This document shows positions 19,586 to 29,050 of a stretch of DNA of 64,000 nucleotides, piece after piece. The DNA lies in contig JAZOMF010000075.1 in the NCBI GenBank assembly GCA_045653805.1, positions 123,200-187,199 of the forward strand, read 5' to 3'. How positions within the stretch are numbered: position 1 is the first letter of the stretch; each line of letters starts with the position of its first letter. The position numbers and the translations under genes are program-made. This stretch comes from Eubacteriales bacterium (GTDB taxonomy: Bacteria; Bacillota; Clostridia; Oscillospirales; CAG-272). The notes beneath the pieces were generated by a model. The model was not told the DNA's origin. It searched no databases and worked only from the letters and a program-made list of their open reading frames with translations.

Positions 19586-20788
19586 TTACAGCTTATCACT
19601 TTCGTCTTCGGGAATAACTTCCTTCATAGCCACGATAGCACACTCGATCATATCGTCGCCGGGCTCGAGAACGGTGATGTGCTGGAGCCAAACGCCGGGA
19701 GCGGAAATTATCTTGGTAATGAAATTATCGTGCTTGCCCGAAATCTTTATAAGCTCGTATCCAATACCGACGATAAGAGGGATAAGACCAACTCTGATGG
19801 CGGCACGAATTGCATTATACAGCGTTTCATTTTCAATAGCGCTTCGCAATGCGGGATGCAATCCATCATATCCACTAACAAGTTCCAAGCCAAGACCGAC
19901 GCAGAATGATACGAAAATACTTACAAGAACCATCAAAATAAGAAAGCTGGTTCCGCATCTAGGATGGAATCTTTTCTGCTTTTTAACGTTTTCAACAGTA
20001 AGCTCAAGTCCAGCCTCGTAGCAGAAAATGGTCTTATGCTCTGCGCCATGGAACTGGAAGGTTCTTCTTATATCCTTCATAAGAAGCATAAAGCCCATAT
20101 ATCCTACGAGAACAACAACTTTAAAAACACCTTCAAAAACAGATTGAATAATATTTTCAACTGTGGAATTTTCATTATTCAAAAAAGGAAACCAATCTTG
20201 CGCCCATCCGAAAAGGTGAGTAGGCAAAACAAAGAAAAGCAATATAGCAATACCGAGAGAAAGAATAGTTACGATGGGCATCATAACTCCGAGGGTGGTA
20301 GAGCCCTCTTTCTTTTTCTTATCCTGAATATCTGTATTTTCTTCTTTAACCTCAGGCTCTGCAACCATCTCTTCAGCCACAGACTCTTCGGTTATGCTTA
20401 CGGTATCCTGCTGATCATTCCCCTGCTTTTTTGCAAACTTTTCAGGCTTTTTTGCCGCTTTTGCCGCCTTTTTGGCTTCCTTTTCGCGGCGAAGCTCCTC
20501 TTCTGCCTCCTCAAGACCGGATATCTCGGCAGATCTCATGAGGCACTTGGTGCCAAGGGTCATAGAGTCGATATAAGCCACAACTCCGCGGATTATAGGC
20601 CACTTAAGGATGCTTGCGCGTTTCTTAGCCTCGGTGGGAAACTTTTCAACAACGATCTCACCGCTTGTGTTTCGTACAGCCATGGCGGTGGTAACGGGAC
20701 CGCGCATCATAATTCCTTCCATCAGCGCCTGACCGCCAATAGAAGTCTTTTTGCAGCATTTATTACTGTTTTTACTCATTTGTTTCAA
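19586..20788 (-). CDS. DUF1385 domain-containing membrane protein, with a charged low-complexity insert
   Basis: Blocks GGQALMEGIMMRG and FHGAEHKTI, with a C-terminal TM bundle. A ~80-aa E/K/A-rich insert follows the N-terminal domain. Confidence 0.8.
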   Translation of the reverse strand: MKQMSKNSNKCCKKTSIGGQALMEGIMMRGPVTTAMAVRNTSGEIVVEKFPTEAKKRASILKWPIIRGVVAYIDSMTLGTKCLMRSAEISGLEEAEEELRREKEAKKAAKAAKKPEKFAKKQGNDQQDTVSITEESVAEEMVAEPEVKEENTDIQDKKKKEGSTTLGVMMPIVTILSLGIAILLFFVLPTHLFGWAQDWFPFLNNENSTVENIIQSVFEGVFKVVVLVGYMGFMLLMKDIRRTFQFHGAEHKTIFCYEAGLELTVENVKKQKRFHPRCGTSFLILMVLVSIFVSFCVGLGLELVSGYDGLHPALRSAIENETLYNAIRAAIRVGLIPLIVGIGYELIKISGKHDNFITKIISAPGVWLQHITVLEPGDDMIECAIVAMKEVIPEDESDKL

Positions 20789-20902
20789 TAAGTCCTTTCA
20801 ACTATTATCATTGTGCATTTAAATATTATCTACTAATTAATAATATTAACACAAAAATATTAACTACGTGTGAAAATTACGGATTTATAGGATTTTAGCA
20901 CT

Positions 20903-20938
20903 CAAAAATTGGGATACCTCAATATTGAGGCATCCCAA
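20903..20938 (-). terminator. Intrinsic terminator downstream of prs
   Basis: TTGGGATACCTCAA..TTGAGGCATCCCAA hairpin followed by a T-run on the minus strand. Confidence 0.7.
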
Positions 20939-20964
20939 TAGTTAGTTATCGTTACGAATTAAGA

Positions 20965-22092
20965 TTACTTGTTTGCTTCCGTTACGCTCTTGTGCTTTGC
21001 AACGATATTGTTGATTCTCTTTGCGGGATCAAGCAGCTCGCTAATGGTAGCGTCATGATTGAGGGTATCGATAATGTAAGAAACATACTTGCACATATTA
21101 ACGTCAACGTGCCAAGGTTTCTCAAGAAGACCGGGACGACGGTAAACGAGGTTAGTGGTAAACACTTTAGAAATAAGTCCATCCTCATATGCCTTGTCGA
21201 ATTTTTCAAATCCGTCGGTGAAGAGTCCGAAGGTGGAGAATACGAAGATTCTCTTTGCTCCTCTCGACTTAATCTGCGAGCAAACGTCAAGCATAGATTC
21301 ACCGGAGGAGATCATATCGTCAACAACGATAACGTCCTTATCGGTAAGATCCTGACCGAGATACTCGTGAGCCTCGATGGGATTCTTTCCGTTGATGATT
21401 ACGGAGTAGTTACGGCGCTTGTAGAACATACCGATATCGATTCCGAGAACCGAAGAGTAGTACATGCATCTACCCATAGCGCCCTCATCGGGAGAGATCA
21501 TCATAAGGTGCTCCTTATCGATCTCAATATTGGGAACAGCCTTGATGAGTGCCTTGATCATCTGATAGGAAGGACGAACATTATCAAAGCCGTGAAGAGG
21601 AATTGCATTGCAAACTCTGGGGTCGTGAGCATCAAATGTGATGATATTGGTGATACCCATAGCAACAAGCTCCTGGAGCATTACTGCACAGTCAAGAGAC
21701 TCTCTGGTAGACTTCTTATGCTGTCTGCCCTCGTAAAGCATAGGCATAATAACGGTGATTCTTCTTGCCTTACCTGCGATAGCGGAAACGATTCTCTTAA
21801 GATCTGCATAGTGATCGTCGGGGCTCATAGGAACGGTCTGACCGTACATACGATAGGTAACACCGTAGTTGAACACGTCACAAATAATATAAACGTCCTG
21901 ACCTCTCATGGAGTGGTGGATAAGACCCTTACCCTCACCTGTACCGAATCTGGGGCAAACTGCCTCAACAAGATAGGTATCCTCGCTGGTGTGTCTTCTC
22001 CATTCCTTCAGATAGTTATCAACCTGCTCGGCAAATGCCTCACAACCTTTCATACCAATAACACTAAGCTCTGCGAACTGTGCGTCCTTCAT
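20965..22092 (-). CDS. prs: Ribose-phosphate pyrophosphokinase family protein (long form)
   Basis: PRPP-binding loop VIVVDDMISSGESM. Start chosen at MKDAQF (GGAGG plus 8 nt). The ORF track extends to 22116. Confidence 0.85.
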   Translation of the reverse strand: MKDAQFAELSVIGMKGCEAFAEQVDNYLKEWRRHTSEDTYLVEAVCPRFGTGEGKGLIHHSMRGQDVYIICDVFNYGVTYRMYGQTVPMSPDDHYADLKRIVSAIAGKARRITVIMPMLYEGRQHKKSTRESLDCAVMLQELVAMGITNIITFDAHDPRVCNAIPLHGFDNVRPSYQMIKALIKAVPNIEIDKEHLMMISPDEGAMGRCMYYSSVLGIDIGMFYKRRNYSVIINGKNPIEAHEYLGQDLTDKDVIVVDDMISSGESMLDVCSQIKSRGAKRIFVFSTFGLFTDGFEKFDKAYEDGLISKVFTTNLVYRRPGLLEKPWHVDVNMCKYVSYIIDTLNHDATISELLDPAKRINNIVAKHKSVTEANK

Positions 22093-22137
22093 TTTCATAT
22101 CCTCCGATCTAATCATGTCAGTTTTTATAAGTCGAAA

Positions 22138-23610
22138 TTACTGAAGCTTACAGAATTTCTCGTAAGCTGCATCCCAAGCTGCTCTGTCGCTTGTGGGCTC
22201 GTAGTGCTTAAGCTCAAAGGAGTTAGCAACTACTTCTCTTGCCTCACCGAGGTCCTTGATCGCACCTGCAGCGATTGCCTGCATCATAAGGTTACCGATA
22301 GCGGTTGCCTCCTCGGGGCCTGCGCATACGGGAACGTTACATGCGTCTGCTGTCATCTGGGAGAGGAACTTGTCCTTTGTTCCGCCACCTACAACGTTGA
22401 TCATCGCGGTCTTCTTATTCATAAGTCTGTCGATAGATTCAACGGTGTATCTATACTTGAGTGCAAGAGACTCATAAATGCAACGAACTACCTCGCCAAC
22501 AGTCTCGGGAACGTGCTGAGATGTCTGGCGGCAGAATTCTCTGATCTTTTCGGGCATATTTCCGGGGGTGTTGAAGGAAGGATGGTCGGGATTGATGAGA
22601 GACTGGAAAGGAACGGCTTCCTTTGCCCAAGCTTCCATCTGAGCGAAGGAATAATCGTAACCCTCTCTTTTCCACTGTCTTCTGGACTCCTGAATGATCC
22701 AGAGACCCATAATGTTCTTGAGAAATCTAATTGTATCCATAGCGCCACCCTCGTTTGTGAGGTTAGCAGCTCTTGTGCCGTCGTTAATAAGAGGCTCAGG
22801 AAGTTCAGCGCCCATAAGCGACCAAGTTCCGCTGGATATGTAAATAAAGTCCTTATTTTGTGCGGGAACCGCAATAACTGCGCTCGCGGTATCGTGAGAA
22901 GCAACGTTAACTACCTTAATGTTGTTCTTACCAACCTCATCGTTGATCTGAGGAAGAAGTGCGCCGAGGTTATTGCAGGGCTGAACAAGAGGAGCAAAGA
23001 GCGATCTCTTTACGCCGATCTTATCGGTAAGCTCAAATGCGAAATCTCTCTTATAAGCATCAAGAAGCATACCGGTAGAAGCAATGGTGTATTCGGTTGC
23101 CATCTTGCCGGTAAGGAAGTAGTTAAGAAGGTCGGGGATGAAGAGCATCTTATCAGCACGATCAAGAAGATCTGCATCATCGCGCTTCTCTGCTGCCAGC
23201 TGGTTGAGAGTGTTGAAATCAGCCGCCTGAATACCGGTAATCTTATATATCTCCTCGGGAGACACGAACTGCTTAACGTAATCGGTGATATTTACGGTTC
23301 TCGTGTCACGGTAGTGGGTGGGGTTAGCCATCATTCTGCCGTTCTTGTCGATCAAAGCATAGTCAACGCCCCAAGTGTCGATACCCATACTGGTTACATT
23401 GTCTCCGTCGATAACGGTCTTGGTAATGGAATTCTTAATTTCGAAGAATATTCTGAGAATATCCCAAGTGAATCTACCGTTCACGAATACGGGATCGTTA
23501 GAAAAACGATGATTTTCGCGAAGTGTGAGCTTGTTGCCGTCAAAAGAGCCGACGATACCTCTACCGCTGGAAGCGCCAAGGTCGATGGCAAGCATCTTAA
23601 GTTCAGCCAT
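22138..23610 (-). CDS. rhaB: Rhamnulokinase-like FGGY-family sugar kinase
   Basis: N-terminus LAIDLGASSGRGIVGSF...RFSNDPV...GRFTWDI and C-terminal block INVVGGGTKDKFLSQMTADA. Strong RBS GGAGGTATTT-ATG. Confidence 0.8.
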   Translation of the reverse strand: MAELKMLAIDLGASSGRGIVGSFDGNKLTLRENHRFSNDPVFVNGRFTWDILRIFFEIKNSITKTVIDGDNVTSMGIDTWGVDYALIDKNGRMMANPTHYRDTRTVNITDYVKQFVSPEEIYKITGIQAADFNTLNQLAAEKRDDADLLDRADKMLFIPDLLNYFLTGKMATEYTIASTGMLLDAYKRDFAFELTDKIGVKRSLFAPLVQPCNNLGALLPQINDEVGKNNIKVVNVASHDTASAVIAVPAQNKDFIYISSGTWSLMGAELPEPLINDGTRAANLTNEGGAMDTIRFLKNIMGLWIIQESRRQWKREGYDYSFAQMEAWAKEAVPFQSLINPDHPSFNTPGNMPEKIREFCRQTSQHVPETVGEVVRCIYESLALKYRYTVESIDRLMNKKTAMINVVGGGTKDKFLSQMTADACNVPVCAGPEEATAIGNLMMQAIAAGAIKDLGEAREVVANSFELKHYEPTSDRAAWDAAYEKFCKLQ

Positions 23611-23861
23611 AAATACCTCCGTAAAATAAATAAAACTTATTAATTCTATTAAGTGATAGCACTACAAATTAAATTATAACACATTCGCTACATTTTTGTT
23701 TGAATAAACTGTTAATAAAACACTATAAAAACAATTATTTCCCATATTTTTCAAAGTCTTTTCGATTCGACACTCTTCACCATTTTTCTCTCTCGGCATA
23801 CAATGTAACGAGGCAGTAGTTTTTACCGCCCGAATTTAATGATACCAAGAGGTATTACTAT

Positions 23862-24764
23862 ATGAATAACTATACGCAAAAATATAAAATTGCCATTTTG
23901 GGTGGCGACAAAAGGCAAGGAGAAATCGCCGCACTCTTCTCATCCAAAGAGCACGATGTCAGGCTTTTTGGATTATCCGATGCCGCTGTAAATATACCGT
24001 CAAGCAAACTCTGTTCAAGTATGGACAAGGCAATGGACAGCGCCGATATTGCCATGCTTCCCTTGCCTCTCTCACGAGACAATCTGCATCTGTCAGCAAC
24101 CGGAGAGAAAGTTGCGCTCTGCGACATAGTAAAGCTTGCCGGCTCAAACAAAACTGTTCTTTTGGGTGGAATAGTTTCCGAGGAGGTAAAGAGACTTTGC
24201 ACAGCACAAGGTGTGGAAATATACGATTACTACGCTCGTGAAGAATTGCAAAATAAGAACGCTCTCCCATCAGCGGAGGGGGCTTTAATGCTTGCAATGG
24301 AAAATACCGACATCACTGTTAATGGTATGAAAGCGATGGTATGCGGATATGGTCGAATCGGCAAGATCCTTGCGTTTTTACTGCGAGGTATGGGAGCTTA
24401 CGTCACGGTTGCCGCAAGGCGAGACGAGGTGATATGCGAGGCAACGCTGGATGGCTTTGATACAGTTAAAATACAATGTAACGGAAAAGAATTGCTTAAA
24501 TCGGCTGAAAAGTGCGATGTGATATTCAACACCGTGCCCGCAATCATTTTCAGTCCAAGCGTTGTGTTGGAAATGAAAAGCAAACCGCTTTATATAGAAA
24601 TCGCCTCTGCGCCCGGAGGTATAGACTTATCTGCCGCAAGAGATAAGGGCATAAAAACCATTATAGCCCCCTCGATTCCGGGCAAATATTCGTCCAAAAC
24701 CGCAGGCAAATACATTTTTGAAACAGTATGCGATATTCTTTCCGAAAGGGGGATAATAATATGA
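23862..24764 (+). CDS. dpaA: Dipicolinate synthase subunit A
   Basis: N-terminal IAILGGDKRQ and a second Rossmann block MVCGYGRIGK. Paired with dpaB by an ATGA overlap. Confidence 0.88.
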   Translation: MNNYTQKYKIAILGGDKRQGEIAALFSSKEHDVRLFGLSDAAVNIPSSKLCSSMDKAMDSADIAMLPLPLSRDNLHLSATGEKVALCDIVKLAGSNKTVLLGGIVSEEVKRLCTAQGVEIYDYYAREELQNKNALPSAEGALMLAMENTDITVNGMKAMVCGYGRIGKILAFLLRGMGAYVTVAARRDEVICEATLDGFDTVKIQCNGKELLKSAEKCDVIFNTVPAIIFSPSVVLEMKSKPLYIEIASAPGGIDLSAARDKGIKTIIAPSIPGKYSSKTAGKYIFETVCDILSERGIII

Positions 24765-25321
24765 TCGGATACGCCCTTTGCGGCTCTTTTTGCACTTTTT
24801 CAGACTCATTTTCTGCGCTAACCGAGTTAAAAAAGAAATACGCAGAAATACTGCCAATTATGAGCTTTAATGCATACAATACCGATACCCGATTTGGTAA
24901 AAGCAAGGATTGGATAGCGAAAATTGAGGATCTTTGCGGCAAAAGTATTATTCACACCATCCCCGCTGCCGAGCCTTTGGGGCCGAAAATCTCCCTTGAT
25001 GCTCTCGTCATCGCTCCATGCACAGGGAACACCCTTGCAAAGCTGGCAAACGGCATTACAGACACTCCTGTTTGCATGGCTGCAAAGGCGCATTTGCGAA
25101 GCGACCGCCCGCTTATCATTTCCCTCGCCACCAACGATGCTATGTCCGCAAATCTTGGGAATATCGCAACTCTTCTTGCAAGAAAGAACGTATACTTTGT
25201 GCCTATGAGACAGGATGACCCGGTAAAAAAGCCTCATTCCTTAGTCGCCGACCTCTCTCTCCTACCTAAGACACTTGAGGATGCTTTATCTGAAAAACAA
25301 ACGAGAAAGCTTTTTTTATAA
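24761..25321 (+). CDS. dpaB: Dipicolinate synthase subunit B (flavoprotein family)
   Basis: MIGYALCGSFCTF...APCTGNTLAKLANGITDTPV. Start taken at the ATG overlapping the dpaA stop. Confidence 0.88.
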   Translation: MIGYALCGSFCTFSDSFSALTELKKKYAEILPIMSFNAYNTDTRFGKSKDWIAKIEDLCGKSIIHTIPAAEPLGPKISLDALVIAPCTGNTLAKLANGITDTPVCMAAKAHLRSDRPLIISLATNDAMSANLGNIATLLARKNVYFVPMRQDDPVKKPHSLVADLSLLPKTLEDALSEKQTRKLFL

Positions 25322-25361
25322 AGAGAGTCATCCATCGTGCAACAAGCTACCACACAAAAAA

Positions 25362-25387
25362 GCCCCCCGAAATTGGGGAGGTTTTTC
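25362..25387 (+). terminator. Weak intrinsic terminator after dpaB
   Basis: CCCCCC-GAAATT-GGGGAGG imperfect hairpin followed by TTTTT. Confidence 0.45.
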
Positions 25388-25427
25388 TAAAATAAATATA
25401 AAAATTTTTATATTCCCGGCAACTATA

Positions 25428-25456
25428 TTGACTTTATACCAAAACAGTGATATAAT
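25428..25456 (+). promoter_or_regulatory. Sigma-A promoter of the riboswitch-controlled unit
   Basis: TTGACT, 17 nt spacer, TATAAT. Confidence 0.7.
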
Positions 25457-25462
25457 ACATTT

Positions 25463-25740
25463 ACACAAAATGAATAACACAGTTCATCTGAATTTTTGGA
25501 AAAATTCGTTGTCGGGCACACTGCAAGACGGTATTGCTCGGGGATAAGGAAACTGCGGTGCGAATCCGCGACAACAGCCATTACCGTATCTTTGCACATG
25601 TTAGCAAACAAGTCGGAATGCTTATCGTTCTGTGAACCGATAAAGGTCTCTTGGGCAACGTGGGGAGATAGGGTTTTGACAGCATAGGAGCAGTATGCTG
25701 TTCCCTTTTTGCGCCCACGGAAGGGCGCTTTTATTTTATC
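25463..25740 (+). promoter_or_regulatory. Probable cobalamin (B12) riboswitch leader with tandem terminator hairpins
   Basis: The core AAGGAAACTGCGGTGCGAATCCGCGACAACAGCC resembles the conserved GGGAA...GGTGNGAATCC...GC core. AAGTCGGAATGC is a degenerate B12-box-like element. Two hairpins end the leader (CAGCATA..TATGCTG and GCGCCC-ACGGAA-GGGCGC plus TTTTATTTT). The downstream genes fit a B12 regulon. Confidence 0.55.
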
Positions 25741-25776
25741 CTTTTTGTAAAAAACAACACGAAAGGATCTTAAAAA

Positions 25777-26232
25777 ATGAAAAGATTACTATTAATTTCG
25801 GCTTCTCTCCTCCTGGTTCTCGCATGCGCATTTTCTATGTTTTCATGCGATCTTATGGAAGAAGAAACAACTGCAGAAACATTAGCAGAGGGCGAAGAGA
25901 TCGAGGCATCGGGTCTTTGGGCTGATGCTACATATCGCTCTAACGTAACCCTTGGTGAGGGTGCAAAAACCGTAAGCTTCACCGTTGAGGCTGAGGGCAA
26001 AATGATTACAATCACCCTCAAGACCGACAAGGCGACTCTGGGCGAAGCTATGTACGAGCACGAGCTCATCAATGATCCCTCCTTCTTCGATACTCTTAAT
26101 GGTATGGTTGCAAGCTGGAATGCGGATCAGGCATATTGGGCGTTTTACGAGGGCGAAACAATGATGACTCACGGAGTAAACGACGAAAACATCGAAGGTG
26201 GGGAGAGCTATAGATTTGTCTACACCAAGTAA
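25777..26232 (+). CDS. DUF4430-like (transcobalamin-like fold) lipoprotein
   Basis: Lipoprotein signal MKRLLLISASLLLVLACAFSMFSC. C-terminal block FDTLNGMVASWNADQAYWAFYEGETMMTHGVND...YRFVYTK. Confidence 0.65.
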   Translation: MKRLLLISASLLLVLACAFSMFSCDLMEEETTAETLAEGEEIEASGLWADATYRSNVTLGEGAKTVSFTVEAEGKMITITLKTDKATLGEAMYEHELINDPSFFDTLNGMVASWNADQAYWAFYEGETMMTHGVNDENIEGGESYRFVYTK

Positions 26233-26773
26233 TAGAAAGGTACCGAGAGACGTCTGGCGCAGACTGATTCTCCAAATGTGCATCTTCTCCATGCTGGGCG
26301 CTCTTATGTTCTGCTCAAAGGTGATTATGGAGGTGCTACCCAACATCCATCTGCTCGGGATGTTTACTATGGTATTTACCCTAACCTTTAGATGGAAAGC
26401 GCTGATACCTCTTTATATTTGCGTTTTTCTCAACGGGCTTTACGCCGGATTTAATGTCTGGTGGATACCATATCTCTATATTTGGACTATTCTTTGGGCT
26501 ATTACTATGCTCTTACCTAAAAGGATGCCAAAATGGCTATGCTTGGTAGTGTATCCCATAGTATGCTCTCTGCACGGATTTGCATTTGGAATACTTTATG
26601 CCCCCGCAGAGGCTCTGTTTTTCGGATTAAATTTCCAAGAAACCATCGCTTGGATAGCTTCGGGAGTTGTATTCGATACAATACACGGAATAAGCAATTT
26701 TATCGTTGGATTTTTGATAGTTCCCTTTGCTGATCTACTCCGAAAGCTTTCAAGAAAACAAGGCATCATATAA
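26198..26773 (+). CDS. Multi-pass membrane protein, ECF-transporter S-component-like (candidate cobalamin S component, CbrT-like)
   Basis: About 190 aa with about 6 hydrophobic helices, co-transcribed behind the riboswitch. Start is uncertain: GTG at 26198, or TTG at 26216 preceded by GGGAGAG. Confidence 0.55.
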   Translation: MGRAIDLSTPSNRKVPRDVWRRLILQMCIFSMLGALMFCSKVIMEVLPNIHLLGMFTMVFTLTFRWKALIPLYICVFLNGLYAGFNVWWIPYLYIWTILWAITMLLPKRMPKWLCLVVYPIVCSLHGFAFGILYAPAEALFFGLNFQETIAWIASGVVFDTIHGISNFIVGFLIVPFADLLRKLSRKQGII

Positions 26774-26781
26774 AAGCTATA

Positions 26782-26811
26782 AAAACCCGAGGGGATCGCC
26801 CCTCGGGTTTT
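26782..26811. terminator. Bidirectional intrinsic terminator
   Basis: AAAACCCGAGGGG-ATCG-CCCCTCGGGTTTT. Confidence 0.88.
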
Positions 26812-26820
26812 ACTGTAAAA

Positions 26821-27699
26821 TTATAAAAGATCAGCAGGTGTAAAGCTATATTTGGAGTTACAGAAGCGGCACTTAATCTCAAGCTCCTCACTCTTACCCT
26901 CGGCAATCTGCTCGTCGAACATTTTGCGAAGATCGTTTTTATTGATAGACTTCATTGCCTTCTCCATTCGCTCTCTGGAGCAGGTGCATAGGTAATCCAC
27001 ATCTATTTCGTCGAAAAGATCGTACTCGATATCCTGGAGCGCCAATGAGGCGATCTCCTCGTTGCTCATTCCCTTATCAAAAAGTCTGGAAATATTGGAG
27101 AGGAACGGAATGTTCTTTTCTATCTTGGTAACGGTTTCGTCATCCGCAAAAGGAAGAAGCTGAATAATGATTCCACCAGCAGCCTTACAGGAAAGATCGG
27201 TATCTACCAGCACTCCGAGAGCGCAAACGGTGGGAACCTGCTCGCTTTGAGCATAATACTGCGCGATATCCTCCGCAATCTCGCCCGAAACCAACTCGAT
27301 AGAGCCGTTATAAGGCTCTGCCGAGCCCATATCCTTGATGAGATTGAGGAATCCCTTACCAACCGCACCGCTTACGTCAAGCATTCCGTAGGACTTGAGC
27401 GGAATTACAACGTTGGGATTCTGAATATATCCTCTTACATTTCCAATGTAATCGCTGACCGCAAGAACTCTGCCCGCAGGTCCGTCACCGTTGAGAGATA
27501 CGGTAATGGTATCCTCCTTGTCTCCAAGCATACATCCCATCATACTTGTAACAGTGAGAAGCCTGCCAAGAGTAGCCGACGCTGTTGCAGTGGTCTTGTG
27601 ATAACCAATCGCCTTATTTACTATCTCGGTGGAATTTATAACGTGTATTCTTGCGCTACCATCGCTGGTCATAGCGCGTAAAATTTTAGACTGTGCCAT
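26821..27699 (-). CDS. hslO: Redox-regulated chaperone Hsp33
   Basis: C-terminal zinc centre CTCSRERM...CRFCNSKY. 292 aa. Confidence 0.9.
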   Translation of the reverse strand: MAQSKILRAMTSDGSARIHVINSTEIVNKAIGYHKTTATASATLGRLLTVTSMMGCMLGDKEDTITVSLNGDGPAGRVLAVSDYIGNVRGYIQNPNVVIPLKSYGMLDVSGAVGKGFLNLIKDMGSAEPYNGSIELVSGEIAEDIAQYYAQSEQVPTVCALGVLVDTDLSCKAAGGIIIQLLPFADDETVTKIEKNIPFLSNISRLFDKGMSNEEIASLALQDIEYDLFDEIDVDYLCTCSRERMEKAMKSINKNDLRKMFDEQIAEGKSEELEIKCRFCNSKYSFTPADLL

Positions 27700-27721
27700 T
27701 TTTGCTCCTGTATTTGCTATT

Positions 27722-28492
27722 TTATTTTTTTGCTCTTGCTACGATATACCATCGCTGGCAATCACTTTTGGGCTCGGAAAACTCAAAATCCCCGAAAAAT
27801 CCGATAACTTCAAAGCCGCATTTTTGAAGATTATTGGAAAGCTCCTCTTTGGTATAACAACGCTCGGTCTGTACCTCGTCTGCGCGAGAAAATCTTCCGT
27901 CCTCGTCTTCGGTAAATACCGAAAGATAGAAGTTACAGAGCTTGCTTTCGTTATCGTATTCATTTTGCCAGCCACAATATGCATTTTCACCGTAGGAATT
28001 TTTATCCTCAAAAATATAGTGATTGTTGCCGTATATATTTTCAAACTTATAAGGGGTGTTTACATCAAATATAAACAAGCCGTCAGGGTCAAGATAGTTA
28101 TGCGCGCAACGGAGACATTTTTCAAGATCTCCGTCCTCGGTGAGATAGTTGATACTGTCAAGGCAGCAACAGATTGCTCCAACCGTGCCGTAAAGTTCAA
28201 ACTCTCTCATGTCCTGCTTCAAAAACAGTACACCCTCTATTCCCTTGTCATAAGCCTTATCATATGCCTCCATAAGCATATCCTCGCTCATATCGGCGCC
28301 GATCATATCGTATCCGCGTGCCGCCAGCTCAAAGGTCATGCTACCGGTACCACAGGCAAGATCGAGAACCAATTCGGGCTTTTGAGGAAGATACCTTGCA
28401 AAACAAGACTCCACAAAATCCGCCCATGCAGAATAATCTATCTCAGCGTTTATGTTATCGTATATTGATGCTATTGAATCGTATCCGGGCAT
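27722..28492 (-). CDS. Class I SAM-dependent methyltransferase
   Basis: Motif [17 protein letters not shown]. Confidence 0.8.
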   Translation of the reverse strand: MPGYDSIASIYDNINAEIDYSAWADFVESCFARYLPQKPELVLDLACGTGSMTFELAARGYDMIGADMSEDMLMEAYDKAYDKGIEGVLFLKQDMREFELYGTVGAICCCLDSINYLTEDGDLEKCLRCAHNYLDPDGLFIFDVNTPYKFENIYGNNHYIFEDKNSYGENAYCGWQNEYDNESKLCNFYLSVFTEDEDGRFSRADEVQTERCYTKEELSNNLQKCGFEVIGFFGDFEFSEPKSDCQRWYIVARAKK

Positions 28493-28506
28493 AGCTTGTC
28501 CTCTTT

Positions 28507-28812
28507 TTATTTATTAAGCTTTTTATCCTCAAGCTTCATTTGGTCAAGAACTTTAAGATATCCTTCACTTCCGTATTTAAGACAATGGTTAACTCGGCTT
28601 ATGGTTGCGGTACTGAGTCCGGTCTGCGCGGCGATCTCGGCATAAACCACTCCCTCACTGAGCATTTTTGCCGCCTTAAGTCTTCTCGACATCTCGAGAA
28701 TTTCGGACATGGTACAGATATCCTCCATAAAGTTTTGACAGTCATCCACATTATCAATGGATACCAGACTTCTGTAAAGGAATTCGATGTTTTCGTCGTG
28801 AGCTCTTTTCAT
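28507..28812 (-). CDS. YerC/YecD-family TrpR-like DNA-binding protein
   Basis: 101 aa. Block LSEGVVYAEIAAQTGLSTATISRVNHCLKYG. Confidence 0.8.
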   Translation of the reverse strand: MKRAHDENIEFLYRSLVSIDNVDDCQNFMEDICTMSEILEMSRRLKAAKMLSEGVVYAEIAAQTGLSTATISRVNHCLKYGSEGYLKVLDQMKLEDKKLNK

Positions 28813-28981
28813 GCTTTACCTCTTTATAATTTTTATTTGGTGAGCTAAGGGTTCGCGATGCGGTGACACACAAAATATATCACCTTTTATTATTCTACCA
28901 TTTTATCACGCGAAAGTAAATACTATTTTGAATTTTTCTAAAAATTTTTTAAACAATCGGTTGTTTTCTGTAAATTGATTA

Positions 28982-29010
28982 TTGACATTCACTGTAATAT
29001 GTTATATAAT
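28982..29010 (+). promoter_or_regulatory. Exact consensus sigma-A promoter for the XRE/TPR regulator
   Basis: TTGACA, 17 nt spacer, TATAAT. The ORF-track TTG start at 28982 is this -35 box. Confidence 0.75.
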
Positions 29011-29050
29011 TAATGTGTTAAATAATCTATCTAAAGAAAGGCTTTTAGAA

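Noticed and set aside
20992-23643. An 883-aa plus-strand ORF with no stop, spanning the whole of prs, the 21-nt spacer and the whole rhaB-like gene.
   Set aside because: It is exactly codon-aligned antisense to both genes: 20992-20965 = 27 and 22138-20992 = 1146, both multiples of 3. Its openness therefore only means that the sense genes never use TTA, CTA or TCA codons, which is strong codon bias. The sense products have clear catalytic motifs. The antisense product is Leu/Val/Ser/Cys-rich with no RBS and no recognisable motif.
23760-23861. A possible sigma-K-type promoter (GCATACAATG) upstream of dpaA.
   Set aside because: It is only a partial match to the remembered CATA-N3-TA -10 element, and I could not place a convincing -35 AC element. 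This is too weak to report as a feature.
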